From Vicugna vicugna (Eukaryota): 64,000 nt of DNA. This document shows positions 41,734 to 53,238 of this stretch, in pieces. Where the stretch lies: NCBI GenBank assembly GCA_013265495.1, contig MU058221.1, positions 4,466,001-4,530,000 on the forward strand, in the 5' to 3' direction. Below the pieces are notes generated by a model, which worked only from the letters and a program-made list of their open reading frames with translations, did no database searches and had not been told where the DNA came from. A program made the position numbers and the translations under genes. Each line of letters opens with the position of its first letter. The first letter of the stretch is position 1.

Positions 41734-42216
41734 NNNNNNNNNNNNNNNNNNNNNNNNNNNNNNNNNNNNNNNNNNNNNNNNNNNNNNNNNNNNNNNNNNN
41801 NNNNNNNNNNNNNNNNNNNNNNNNNNNNNNNNNNNNNNNNNNNNNNNNNNNNNNNNNNNNNNNNNNNNNNNNNNNNNNNNNNNNNNNNNNNNNNNNNNNN
41901 NNNNNNNNNNNNNNNNNNNNNNNNNNNNNNNNNNNNNNNNNNNNNNNNNNNNNNNNNNNNNNNNNNNNNNNNNNNNNNNNNNNNNNNNNNNNNNNNNNNN
42001 NNNNNNNNNNNNNNNNNNNNNNNNNNNNNNNNNNNNNNNNNNNNNNNNNNNNNNNNNNNNNNNNNNNNNNNNNNNNNNNNNNNNNNNNNNNNNNNNNNNN
42101 NNNNNNNNNNNNNNNNNNNNNNNNNNNNNNNNNNNNNNNNNNNNNNNNNNNNNNNNNNNNNNNNNNNNNNNNNNNNNNNNNNNNNNNNNNNNNNNNNNNN
42201 NNNNNNNNNNNNNNNN
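41734..42216. other. Assembly gap (483 N)
   Basis: Run of N. Confidence 1.
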
Positions 42217-43462
42217 CAGTCAATCACTTGTTCACTCAACAAATATTTATTCAGGATCGCCTATTCAGGATGTGTCTGACCAGCCCTTCGTGGTGAGCTG
42301 CCAAGGGGAGCAAAGGTAGTTTCCTGATACCGAGAGACCTCCAACTGGGGACACCAAAGGACAGCCAGGCCACAGGGCTGACATTGAGCTTCACCCAGGT
42401 TTTCGCTTCTCTTTATCACACAGTCACCGTGGACAGACGTGGTGCATATGGTCTGGGAGTCAGGACACCTGCAGTTTTGGTCCTGGTACTAAGACTTTTA
42501 AAGGGACAATTTCTTTATGCATTCAATTTCCCCATCTGTCAAATGGCAACGTGCATTTCTGCCCCTCCTCTGGTCCAGAACTTTTTTGAGGCTCAAATTT
42601 GGACAATACAGAAGGTGCTGTGAAAAAGCAGAATATGATCATATTATCTGAATGCCTCAAATCCCAGCGCACCAGGTGTAAGTGGCAGGGGCTGGGCTGG
42701 AAGAGGAACCAGCGAGGAAACCTAACTTATCCATGACAGCCCGAGAAACAGTAATGTTATTCAGTGCCTTGTAGGCACGTGGAGTCTTCTGGCTCATATT
42801 TATCCCTGGATGATAAAAAGTAATTCCTGCAGAGCCAATGAGCCATCTCTGATCTTCAGATGAAGGAGAGAGAACCCAAGTTTATTCCCTGCATTAAAGC
42901 CATAGATAACACAGGAAAGGCTTGTTGCTAAACCCCAAGCACTTGTGGACACCCGGTAAACGATGGTGGTGATGCTGGCTATGGATCAGGGGCTTTCAGG
43001 CCTTGCCTGCGATTTGGGCTCACAGGAAGCAGCAGCCGGAGGGCGAGGACAAGGCCTCCTCCCCGGGTCAGCAGGGGAACTAAGGTCAACTGACAGCCTG
43101 TTGCTGTGTTGCTGATGACACTCGTTAGACCTGGTGCGAGTCCCAGCCTATGAGGAGAGCTGCAAAGAGAGGAAAGTGCGTCTCTGGGGACAGACACCTT
43201 ACTCTAGGACATCATGACCCTTTGGGATATTTATATGGGTCAAAGCTGTCTTTTGAAAGGGTTCTGTTTCTCGTCTTCTCTGCTAACTGACACACTCTGA
43301 AGCCTCCAGCCCCCTTTCATACTTAGGTTTGGGAATATAAATTGGAAACTCTGTTCTTAGACATGAAGAGAAGTCTGTCCTAAGAAAACATTTCAGACGA
43401 TTATCATTAGTTATTGAAATAGTTCTTAAAAGCTCAGTCTCCCTTCCCCAACTAGTCATAGT

Positions 43463-43965
43463 GCTGGGGGAGAACAGGTTCTTGCCTCACGCAGGAAAGA
43501 ATTCAAGAGCAAGGCGTGGTAAAGTGAACGCAAGTTTATTTAGAGAGAGACACGCTCCACGGACAGAGTGCAGTCTGCCTCACTCAGAAGGGAAAACGGC
43601 TTAGGAGATACATGCTCCATAGGCAAAACGTGGGCCGTCTCAGAAGGCAAGAGACAGAGTGAGAACTACCATGAGGTGTGGGGTCATTAGCTTTTATGGG
43701 CTCAGTAATTTCTTAGCCTAAGGAGCAGGAGGATTATTCCAGCTAATTTGGGGAAGGGGGGTAGGATTTCCAGGATTTCCATCCCCCCAACTTTTTCACC
43801 TTTTAAGGTCAGCCTAGGAGCTCTCATGGCACCTGTGGGTGCACCATGAGGCTCAAGGTCTACTGGAAGTCGAATCTTCTGCCATCTTGGTTCTAACCAG
43901 TTTGTCCTGTCCTCCATGGCTGTGTCCTTCCTTTGATGGCTATGCCCTGCCCCCTCTCCTCTCAC
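43463..43965 (-). mobile_element. ERV1 (MER4/MER41-group-like) solo LTR
   Basis: TG...CA ends about 500 nt apart; GAAAGAATTCAAG...AAAGTGAACGCAAGTTTATT; CTTTTAT; CTGCCATCTTG. Confidence 0.65.
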
Positions 43966-44024
43966 TTCAATAGGGCAAGAGCTACATTTTATATTTGTAT
44001 GGCTGCCTCTTGAACAACCTGATC

Positions 44025-44330
44025 AGAAGTCTAAAATCAAAGTGTTGGCAGAGCCACTTCCCTCCTGGAGGCTCTGGAAGAGAACGCTTTCCTTTTCCAA
44101 CTTCTAGAGGCTACCCCCATTCCTGGGCTCATGGCCCCGTCCCTCATCTTCAAAGTGCGTCATTCCAACCTCTGCTTCCTCCATCTCACTTCTGTTTCTT
44201 ACTTTGATTCTCCCATCTCCCTCTTGTAAGGACCCTTACGATTACACTGGGCCCACCTAGATGATCCAAGATAATTTCCCCCATCTCGAGATCCTTAATC
44301 AAATCTGTGAAATCCACTTAGGCACGTAAA
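44025..44330 (-). mobile_element. MLT1-type LTR fragment
   Basis: CAGAAGTCTAAAATCAA...CTTCTAGAGGCT...TAAGGACCCTTACGATTACACTGGGCCCACCTAGATGATCCAAGATAAT. Confidence 0.7.
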
Positions 44331-44526
44331 AACCTGCCAAAGTGTTTTTCAACATGACTGTACCTTTTCGGAGTCCCACCAGCAATGTGAGAGTTTCTGT
44401 TTCAGTTGTATTTTTAACATTGTCATCTGCTTGCTTTGGTTCCTGTGGCAGATGTGCTTTCCCACACAGCATCTTTTTGTCTAACCCCCATTGTCAACAG
44501 AGCCTTAATTTTTAAAATTAAAAAAA

Positions 44527-44835
44527 ATTTATTGAAGTATAGTTGATTTACAATGTTGTGTTAGTTTCTAGTAGACAGCAGTGATTTAGTTACACACATA
44601 TATATTATTTTTCATATTCTCTTTCATTATAGGTTATTACAAGATATTGAATGTAGTTCCCTGTGCTGTACAGTAGGACCTTGTTGTTTATCCTTTTTTA
44701 TATATATAGTAGTTTATATCTGCTAATCCCAAATTCCTAATTTATCCTCCCCCTTCTTCCCCTTTGGTAACCATGAATTTGTTTTCTATGTTTGTGCATC
44801 TCTTTCTGTTTTGTAAATAAATTCATTTGGATCAG
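44527..44835 (-). mobile_element. L1 3' end (artiodactyl-type), 5'-truncated
   Basis: TTTATTGAAGTATAGTTGATTTACAATGTTGTGTTAGTTTC...TAGTTCCCTGTGCT. Confidence 0.8.
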
Positions 44836-46842
44836 AGAAGCCCACCTTTAATCACCATTCCTGCCTTGTGTGTCCAGCAGACCTGCTGGACACCCATTCT
44901 GTTCTCTGTAACCGTGCTCCTTAAATGTATATGCAGTGAGCCAGCTGAGGATTATTAAAATGTAGACTGACTCGGGAGGTCTGGGGTGGGGCCTGAGACT
45001 CCGCAGGCCCCCGGGGGAGGCCAGTGCTGCTGGCTCACAGAGCACATCCTGAATAGGCGGCCCTGTGGCTGAGGTCATCAGACTTGGCCGGACATTGGAC
45101 TCACCTAGGGAAGGGGACACTAGGAAAAACCCTGATGCCGAGGTCTCTCACTCTTGGAGAGTTTAATTAGCATGGTATATGCCTGGCCATCAGGGTGTTT
45201 CAAAACTTCCCAAGTGGTCCTAACCCTCAGCTAAGTTTAAAGGCCACTGCTCTATGGCCTTTCAAAAACATTTAATACTGGCTCAGAAATCACTTCTGCA
45301 AAAAACTTTAATTGGAAGATAATTTTCTGAGCTTGGGCTGGCCTTCTCAGTCATGAACAATTAACATTGGTTCAACACTTTGCAGGAAAATTTTGTAGTT
45401 ATTATTAAATCCCATCATGTGTGGGACATTATACCATAGAATGCCTCAAGTCCCTTCCAAATCTGAGGGAAGAAACTATTGCCCTAATTCAACATCTGTG
45501 ATTCAAAGGTGTACTCCTTTGGCAGTACATTCATTTAACCACCAGGTGGTGATGGAGTAACATGATACCACAAAGTCCCCAGAAAGCTGAGCCGAAAGTG
45601 ACCTGTACTTAAGGCTACAACACTTTCAGAACAGGTGAAGTTCTCAACCCTGAGGGACAATTGATCACAGACTCCTTTGAGACTCTGACAGCTGTACACA
45701 AATGTACACCCACACACATGAATGCAGTTTTCAGCAGTTCACAGACAAAAATTAAACCGTGCACAGCCAAGACCAAAGGTGAGTTATCCCCCAATACCCA
45801 CATGAATTGTTTGGGGCCTGACCACTCCCACCTCCATCTTTCTCAGCACCTGACCTTACCTCCTGCTTCACGGAGAAAACAGAAAACAATCTGGCCCCGA
45901 ATCTACCAATTTACCTAATCAGCTCCCACCTTCCTTCCCGTCACAAGAAACAGGGTGTCTTTTCTTTTCACTGAAGGTTAAATCCACCAGTGTTCCTGAT
46001 CCATTTACCTGGCCTCCGTCAAGTTCATGGTCCCTCCATTGTATGCACTCATATATTTCCTTGTGCTATTTTAAAAATAACTCACTTCTCTCAATACAAA
46101 AGCAGTATATGTACTGACAAGACAATTCTTGGACTGAGGAGCAATAGCCTCGTCTCCACTACAGAAACTTAGAACAGATTAAAACATTCACTGCACATCT
46201 GAAATGAAATGTATTTTTTGGGTGTGTCTAACATGGCATGTATGATCATTTTATCCTTTGGTGTATATTGGGTTGTTTTGAATTTCTTTTTTTATTACTA
46301 GCTTGTATTTTATTGGCTCTGATTAACTGAGGGTACCTTTCATCTCTGGGGAATTAGTATTTATTATGCCTATGTTTGAGGTTTTTCTGAATTGTTTCTG
46401 AAGTTTCTCCTTTGCTGTTTCCAGTTCCTGATTAAGGAGAAGGAAATCTGTATTCTAGCTTTATTTCTGCCGGGACTAGGTGCCCGACCTGGAGTAAAAC
46501 ACTCGCGCTCTCTAGGTTTCAGTTCTCTTATCAATCAACTGAGGGAGTAGTTGGATTAAGTGCTCTGTTACCTCCGTTCCAGCCCTGTTATCGGATTCTC
46601 TGCCTTGCTAGGTACTGTCATGCCTTAGCACGTAAAAAACATACCTGAATACGTTAAGATTGAAAGAAAATTCAGGTTGTGAGTAAGATATGTGAAGTAC
46701 TCCACACAGGACTTGGCATTCAAGGCAAGAAACAAATACCAAGGTTAAAAAAGTTGGGGGGTGACCAAAAAGGGGTTAATGAAATAATGAGTTTCAGAGC
46801 AGTGATTACGTCATTTTGGAGGGGTGGTTGAAAACCAGGATT

Positions 46843-46856
46843 CTGCCATCTGGTGG
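46843..46856 (-). promoter_or_regulatory. Candidate CTCF site CCACCAGATGGCAG
   Basis: Full match to the CCASYAGRKGGCRS core; motif only, occupancy unknown. Confidence 0.55.
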
Positions 46857-47379
46857 AACATTTCCCCAGGGCAGGTAAAAGGGCTGCTTCCCCTGATCGC
46901 TAAGGGGATAAGGCATCTTCAGCAAGCAACCTGCTCTGGGCTTGGGAGGGGTCGACTCCTTACAGTGTTAGTAGCAGTCGTTTAGGGACAGAATTAGGTG
47001 GGTCTAAATGCCCACTGAGACCAAGGGTTTGCTTTGGTAAGTAGGGCGCGAGGACCAAGTAATATGAGCTTGTGCTAAAGAACATTACTAGAAAGGACAC
47101 GGTGGGGATTGAGAGGAAGAAGAGCCCGCATTCCTTGCGTTCTTAGGACACTTCCGGGAGGAGGCAGCTGGGTGGGACAGAGATGCGGGATGGTCGCTTC
47201 CTCTGGGCCCGAACTGTCTACACAGGCACTTGATTCTTCTAACCAGAGAAACTTCGATTAAAACGAACGTCAAGGTGGTCTCAAGCCTGTTGACGAGTAA
47301 CAGAATAAACTCCTGCAGGAGGAGGGAAGAACACTGAGCGTGGGCAGCTCGCTTGATAAGCGAAGTAACAGCGAGAACT

Positions 47380-47800
47380 AACCACCTCCCTTGGCTGCCC
47401 CGCCTGCCCGCCCAGCAGGTGCTCACGTCCCTGCGCGGAGGCGGGGCTGGGCAGGTGGAGTGCGGCCTCCCCGCCAACCAGCGACGTAGGACGCGCTCCG
47501 GAGACATTCATTGGCTCGACTGCCCTCCACAGTCCTGGGTCCAGGGCTGCTATTGGCTGAGGGGTTGCCGTGGCGACGGACCACGCACAGGCGCAGTGCG
47601 CGTCGCTGGAGGCCTGGTGACTGCTAGGCAACGGGAAACATTCCCGGCTTGGCGACAACTTTCTGCTCCCGGACTCGCCTTCGCTCTGTCTCTGCGGCGG
47701 TGGCTGCTCTATCCTGACTTGGTGAGTCCGCGGGCATCGCGCTGGGGGGCTGAGCTCCGACTTCTCGGCCAGAGTCTCAGCGCGGCTTCTGGAGCACATA
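47380..47800 (+). promoter_or_regulatory. DNAH6: DNAH6 CpG-island promoter with RFX X-box(es) and two inverted CCAAT boxes
   Basis: CpG-rich; ATTGG at 47510 and 47552; GTTGCCGTGGCGAC at 47564-47577; CTGCTAGGCAAC at 47621-47632. Confidence 0.8.
47600..47721 (+). other. DNAH6: DNAH6 non-coding exon 1 (start approximate)
   Basis: Strong TTG|GTGAGT donor after 47721 within the CpG island; the next exon has an acceptor 8 nt before its ATG, so an upstream exon is required. Confidence 0.7.
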
Positions 47801-47935
47801 AGGAAAGGCTCAGAGAGACAGAGAAAGTCAGTGGAAAGGCATTTTAGTGATTATCAGCCTAGCGTTTTAGAGGAAAGTGAGGACTAGATGTCAAGGAGCT
47901 TGTCCGAGATGTCACACCGAGTGCTCACACCTGGA

Positions 47936-48216
47936 CCTGCGCTGTTCAGTATAGTAGCCACTAACCTGGATTGAGGTGTGCCCTAAAGGTGAAATACTGT
48001 GTTTTTGACGATGTAGTTAACAAAAAATAAACTATCGCATTAATAAATTTTATACTGACTCCATGTCGAAGTGACACTATTTTGGATAAGTTAAAGTTAT
48101 TCAATTAATTATTCAAAATAATTTCACCTGTTCCCTCTTTTTGTGTGTAAATGCGGTTACTTGATAATTTGAAATTGCACAGGAGGTATGCCTTACATTT
48201 TAACTGGCCAGCACAG
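47936..48216. mobile_element. MER33/MER3-like hAT element
   Basis: Termini CTGCGCTGTTCAGTA / TGGCCAGCACAG; AT-rich core with AATTTCACCTGTT. Confidence 0.6.
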
Positions 48217-48976
48217 ATCTAGACTAAAACCTGGGCCTGCTGACACCTGGCTCAAGACCTCATGTGTTGTAATACTGTTTTGAAGGAAAGTATTTCCATC
48301 CGTCTGGTGGGGCTGGAGCGTGAGTGGTGGTGAGGGTCCAAGACCACTCCAAAAGGCTCATAATTCTAGTGTTCTAGGGCCTTGGTACTCAAAGGTTATG
48401 AATCGGAGTCTGCATTTTGACAAGCTCCTCAGATGATTCTCATGCACATAAAAGCTCCAGAAACACTGTTTTGATTTAGCCTTCAACTCCTTTGTTTGTT
48501 TGTTTCCTTTATTTGGTTTTGCTGAGTACCTAGGCTGTGTGATTCAGACTGCCTGGTTAGAACTACCTGCATTTTGAACAGCCTCCCACCCCAGACATAC
48601 TTGGCATATTCAAGTGTGAGAAACATTGATCTCAATATAATTGTATTTCTCTTCATCCTTCCAAATCTGGACCAGTGTGGTCCCCAAATCAGAGACAGCT
48701 GCAGCAGCTTCCAGGAGCTTTAGCTAGACATGCAAATTCCTGGGTCCTACGCCAGCTACAGAGCTTCTAGAAGGCCAAGCATAGTTCCTAATTTTCATTC
48801 CTCTGGTTCAAGTCCTCATTTTGGAAGAATGGGGTAACTTTGATGGGTTTTATTTGAGAATAAGTAAATTCAGCTCTCCCTGGTTCTTAAAACCCCTCCA
48901 CTTGACCCCACTTCCCCAGTTCTTTTGCTGTACTTTTATTTTTCTTTTGTTGACCCTAACCTCTCCAGGAGTGAGG

Positions 48977-49201
48977 ATGGCTTTTCGTGCCTCAGAGAAT
49001 GACTTGGACCTGAAAAACATTGAAGAGCTGATGGAAAACCCAGGGCTTACAAGACTGAATAGTATAAAAGCAAAGGGAAGGCTGAGCTTTGCAACACCCA
49101 CAGAAAATGAAGAGGACACACAGTTCCTTACATTTAAGCACACTACAAGAGCTCAGGAGAGGACAAGAAAGCGACAGGAGCCGATAAAACTAGAGCCTCT
49201 G
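48977..49201 (+). CDS. DNAH6: DNAH6 first coding exon (exon starts at 48969)
   Basis: ctctccAG|gagtgaggATGG; MAFRASENDLDLKNIEELMENPGLTRLNSIKAKGRLSF...RKRQEPIKLEPL; donor GTAAGT; 225 nt; resembles the recalled DNAH6 N-terminus. Confidence 0.92.
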
Positions 49202-49622
49202 GTAAGTTCGAAAACCGGCATTTTAGCCACTTTTGGCTACCGAAGAGATTGCAAAATTGCTTTGGGAGATGGAAGTAATTTCTCGACTCTTAATTAGCAG
49301 AGAAGGAATGAAAACCTGAAAGTTAAGACTTGTTTATGAAGCTGTAAACACAATTACTTATTCAAAAAATACTGAGTTCCTAAGCACTGTTTGAGGTGGT
49401 AGGATGCAGTGGTGAACGTTTTCTAGCCGATAAATCCTCTCCGGTATTATGTACAACATACAGCCTTAACTATGCAGGTTGTAAGGCTCTTTTAGATATT
49501 AGGGTACCATTTCATACTGGGAACTTCAGTAAGAGCAAAGTCCATAGCTACATAGTTTTATTAGTTTCAAAGTAAATGCCTAGTGTCCCCCCAAATTTTG
49601 TACATGTCTGAAAATCCTCAAC

Positions 49623-50231
49623 TTTTTTTTTTACTGAGGTATAGTCAATTTAGAATGTTGTGTCAGTTTCTAGTGTACAGCATAATTCTTCAGTTGTACA
49701 TGAATATATATATATTCATTTTCATATTCTTTTTCACTGTAAGCTACTACAAGATATTGAATATAGTTCCCTGTGCTACGCAATATAAACTGGTTTATCT
49801 ATTCTATATATACCAGTCACTATCTGCAAATCTCAAACTCTCAGTTTATCCCTTCCCACCTTCCTCCCCTCTGGCAACCACAAGTCTGTAACCTATCTCT
49901 GTGAGTCTGTTTCTGTTTTATATATAAGTTCATTTTGTCTTTTTTTTTTTTTTAGATTCACAAATTTGTGATATCATATGGGATTTTTCTTTCTCTTTCT
50001 GGCTTACTTCACTTAGAATGACATTCTCCAGGGCCATCCATGTTGCTGCAAATGGCATTATTTTACCATTTTTAAGGCTAAATAGTATTCCATTGTATAA
50101 ATATACCACAATTTCTTTATCCAGTCATCTGTTGATGGACATTTAGGCTGTTCCCATGTCTTGGCTATTGTAAATAGTGCTGCTACGAACATTGGGGTGC
50201 AGGTGTCTTTTTGAGTTAAGGCTCCCTTTGG
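49623..50231 (-). mobile_element. Relatively young L1 3' end, 5'-truncated, with TSD
   Basis: polyT + L1 3'UTR + ORF2 end; TSD TGAAAATCCT(C/T)AA(C/T) at 49609-49622 and 50232-50245. Confidence 0.85.
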
Positions 50232-50258
50232 TGAAAATCCTTAATTTTAAGAATCCAA

Positions 50259-50346
50259 GGGAGGAGGGTGTAGTTCGGTGGTAGAGCACATACTTAGCCT
50301 GCTCTAGGTTCTGGGTTCAATCCCCAGTATTTCCATTAAAAAAAAA
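50259..50346 (+). mobile_element. tRNA-derived SINE (short form)
   Basis: A and B boxes, polyA; TSD AAGAATCCA at 50249-50257 and 50347-50355. Confidence 0.88.
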
Positions 50347-51359
50347 AAGAATCCATTTATGCCCTTGGATAATTATAAATCCATGTACAAGAGCAGTGAA
50401 GTGAATAGTGGAAGTTCTCACTTCCACCCTCAGACGCTAAACTGTTGTTAGTGGTTGCCTTTCAGGCTATTTTATCTGTTTATTCAAATATATATTTAAA
50501 AATATGAATATACATATTATATATTTATTCAAATGTATATTCAGATATATGTGTGTATGTGTATATAAATATGTATAGCTTTAAAGAAAGAGTGTACACT
50601 ACATACTGATCTTCTAAGTACTTATTTCTCTTAAACATGTATAAATCTTTCCAGTCTGTCTACAGAGGTATCTTTTCTAACAGCCACACTGTATTTTGTT
50701 GCCTGGATGTGCTGTACTAGAACACCCATTAATCAGCCTCCTAATGGGAGTTCAGGTTTTTCCCTTTTGCTTTGTTGTTATTTTTATTTTGCTGTTGCAG
50801 ATGATGCTGTATTGAATGGCCTTGCCTTTGGACATATAAAGATAGATTTTCAGAACTGGCGTATAGGTCTTTGAATATGTACCTTTTTGATTTTGAAAAC
50901 TATTGCCCAGTTGTGCTGGAAGGTTCACCTCTCCACCCACAGTGTGTAAGAGGGCCTCCTTCCCCACCTCTTGGCCAACACTGTTGCTGACAGTTCTTTG
51001 ACTTTTGCTAGATTGATGGGTTAAAATGGCACCACATTGTTGTTGTGATTTGCATCCTATTAATGAAGTTAAGTACATTTTCATTCATTCATTGGCATAC
51101 ATGTTACTTACTTTGTGGATTCTGTTCCTAGCCTTTGTCTACTTTGAAGTTAGACTATTGGCCTTTTTCCTATCAGTTTTTGAGGTATTTAAAAACATAC
51201 ACGTGGCTTACGGACATGAACCCTATTCCATCACTTCTAAATTTAAGTATTGATTCCTTTTGGAGGAGAACATTCTTGAAGGCCCTGTGTGCTAATTTGT
51301 TATTTTTATTTTCATGTTACGTTACGTGAAAAAAGGTTAACCTAGGAATTAACTAAGCA

Positions 51360-52098
51360 ACCAAGACTGAATCATGAAGACATAGAAAATTTGAACAAAC
51401 TGATTGCAGTCAAGGAGATTCAAGCAACAATTTAAAAAGCCTCCCAACAAACAGAAGTCCAGAATCAGACGGCTTCACCGGTGAATTTAGCAAACACTGA
51501 AGAATTAGTACCAATCCTTCCCAAACTCTTCTGAGAGATAGAAAAGGAGGGAACTCTTCCAAACTCATTTAATGAAGCCAGCATTACCCTGAAGCCAAAA
51601 CCAGACAAAGACACCACAAGAAGGTTCGGGCCAATATCCCTGACAAACATAGATGCAAAAATCCTCAACAAAGTATCAGCAAACAGAATTCAACAGTACA
51701 TTGCAAGGAGCACACACCATAATCAGGTGGGATTTGTTCCAGGAATGCAAGGATGCTTCAAAATCCACAAATCAATCATCATGATACACCACACTGATGA
51801 AACAGAGGATAAAAAAATCATATGATCATCTCAGTAGATGCAGAAAAAGCTTTTGATAAAAGTCAACATCTATTTATGATAAAAATTCTCAACAAAGTGG
51901 ACCTAGAGGGAACATACCTCAACATAATAAAGGCCATATGTGACAAACCCACAGCTAACGTAATACTCAACAGGGAAAAGCTGAAAGCTTTTCCTCTAAG
52001 ATCAGGACCAAGACAAGAATGCCCACTCTTGTCACTTTTGTTCAACATAGTGTTGGAAACCCTAGCCACAGCCTTCAGACAAGAAAAAAGAGAGAAAA
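51360..52098 (+). mobile_element. L1 ORF2 internal fragment (RT domain region), degenerate
   Basis: Translates to [25 protein letters not shown]...[48 protein letters not shown]. Confidence 0.92.
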
Positions 52099-52605
52099 CC
52101 CATTGTGTGTGTGTGTATGTATATACACACAGACACACACGCACACACATTCTTTATCCATTCATCTACTGGTGGGCTTTTAGGTTGCCTCCACATCTTG
52201 ACTATTGGAAGTCATGCTGCAGTGAACATAGGATGCATGTATCTTTTCAAATTAATGTTTTAATTTTTCTTCAGATAAATACCCAGGAGTGGAATTGCTG
52301 GATCATACAGTAGTTATTTTTACAATTTTTTGAGGAATCTCCATACTGTTTTCTATAGTGGCTGCATCAGTTCACATTCCCACCAGCAGCGTTCCCTGTT
52401 GTCCACATCTTCGATAAAACTTGTTATTTGTTATCTTTTTGATAATGGCCATTCTGACAGGTGTGAAGTGGTATCTCATGGTGGTTTTGATTTGCATTTT
52501 CCTGGTGATGAGGGATGTTGAGCATCTTATCATGTGCCTGTTGGTCATCTGTATGTCTTCTTTGGAGAAATGTCTGTTCAGATCCTCTGCCCATTTTTTA
52601 ATCAG
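52099..52605 (-). mobile_element. L1 ORF2 C-terminal fragment in opposite orientation
   Basis: Translates to [56 protein letters not shown]. Confidence 0.9.
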
Positions 52606-53061
52606 GTGGTTTGGTCTCTTGGTGGTCTTCAATCCATTACAGCTATGGTGGGAAGTGATTAATGACTTTCGGGTCAGGTGGGAGGGCTGTGTGATCCTTC
52701 CCACAGCAGCTGTTGTCCTGAATGTGGGGGTGAGTTCCGGACAATCACTGAGAGTGTGACTTGATGCCTCTGAGCATCTTCTGTCATAACCTCCCCCTTA
52801 GGTGTGCTCATTGGTACTTAAGGGACAGAATTAGTGGAAACCAAGTAGAAAAGTCTTAGTCAAGCAATAAGCCGTGGACAGACAGTAGGATGTGATAAGA
52901 GCTGTCACTGGTGGGAGCTGCCATGATGACTGTGGCTTGGATAGGAAATGAGTCCAGAGAGGTGATCGGTTTCCAACAGGGACAGAGTTGAAAGGTAGTG
53001 AAGAGCAAGACAAGTTCACATTAACGTTAGAAAGATTAACATGCCTCTTTATTCCCCACAG

Positions 53062-53238
53062 CCAGTGCTAAAAGTCTACCAAGATCATAAGAAGCCAGAA
53101 TACATATATGACCAGAACCGACGCCGATTAATCGCTTCTGGAGTCTTAAAACCTCCAGGAAGCACTGAAGAAAGACGTGCTACCAAATCCCTTAGTCAGT
53201 GTCTTGACCATGAAGACTCTGTGAAAAAGAAAAAGCAG
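53062..53238 (+). CDS. DNAH6: DNAH6 coding exon 2
   Basis: PVLKVYQDHKKPEYIYDQNRRRLIASGVLKPP...DHEDSVKKKKQ; cacAG / GTAAAG boundaries; 177 nt, phase 0-0. Confidence 0.92.

Noticed and set aside
41688..42279. ORFs across the N run, and gap flanks forming TTGACT|CAGTCAA
   Set aside because: The ORFs are gap artefacts; the 6-bp inverted match is too short to be meaningful.
51822..52313. Reverse-transcriptase-like ORF as a novel retro-system or domesticated gene
   Set aside because: Ordinary degenerate L1 ORF2 fragment that ends before the catalytic YADD/FADD region.
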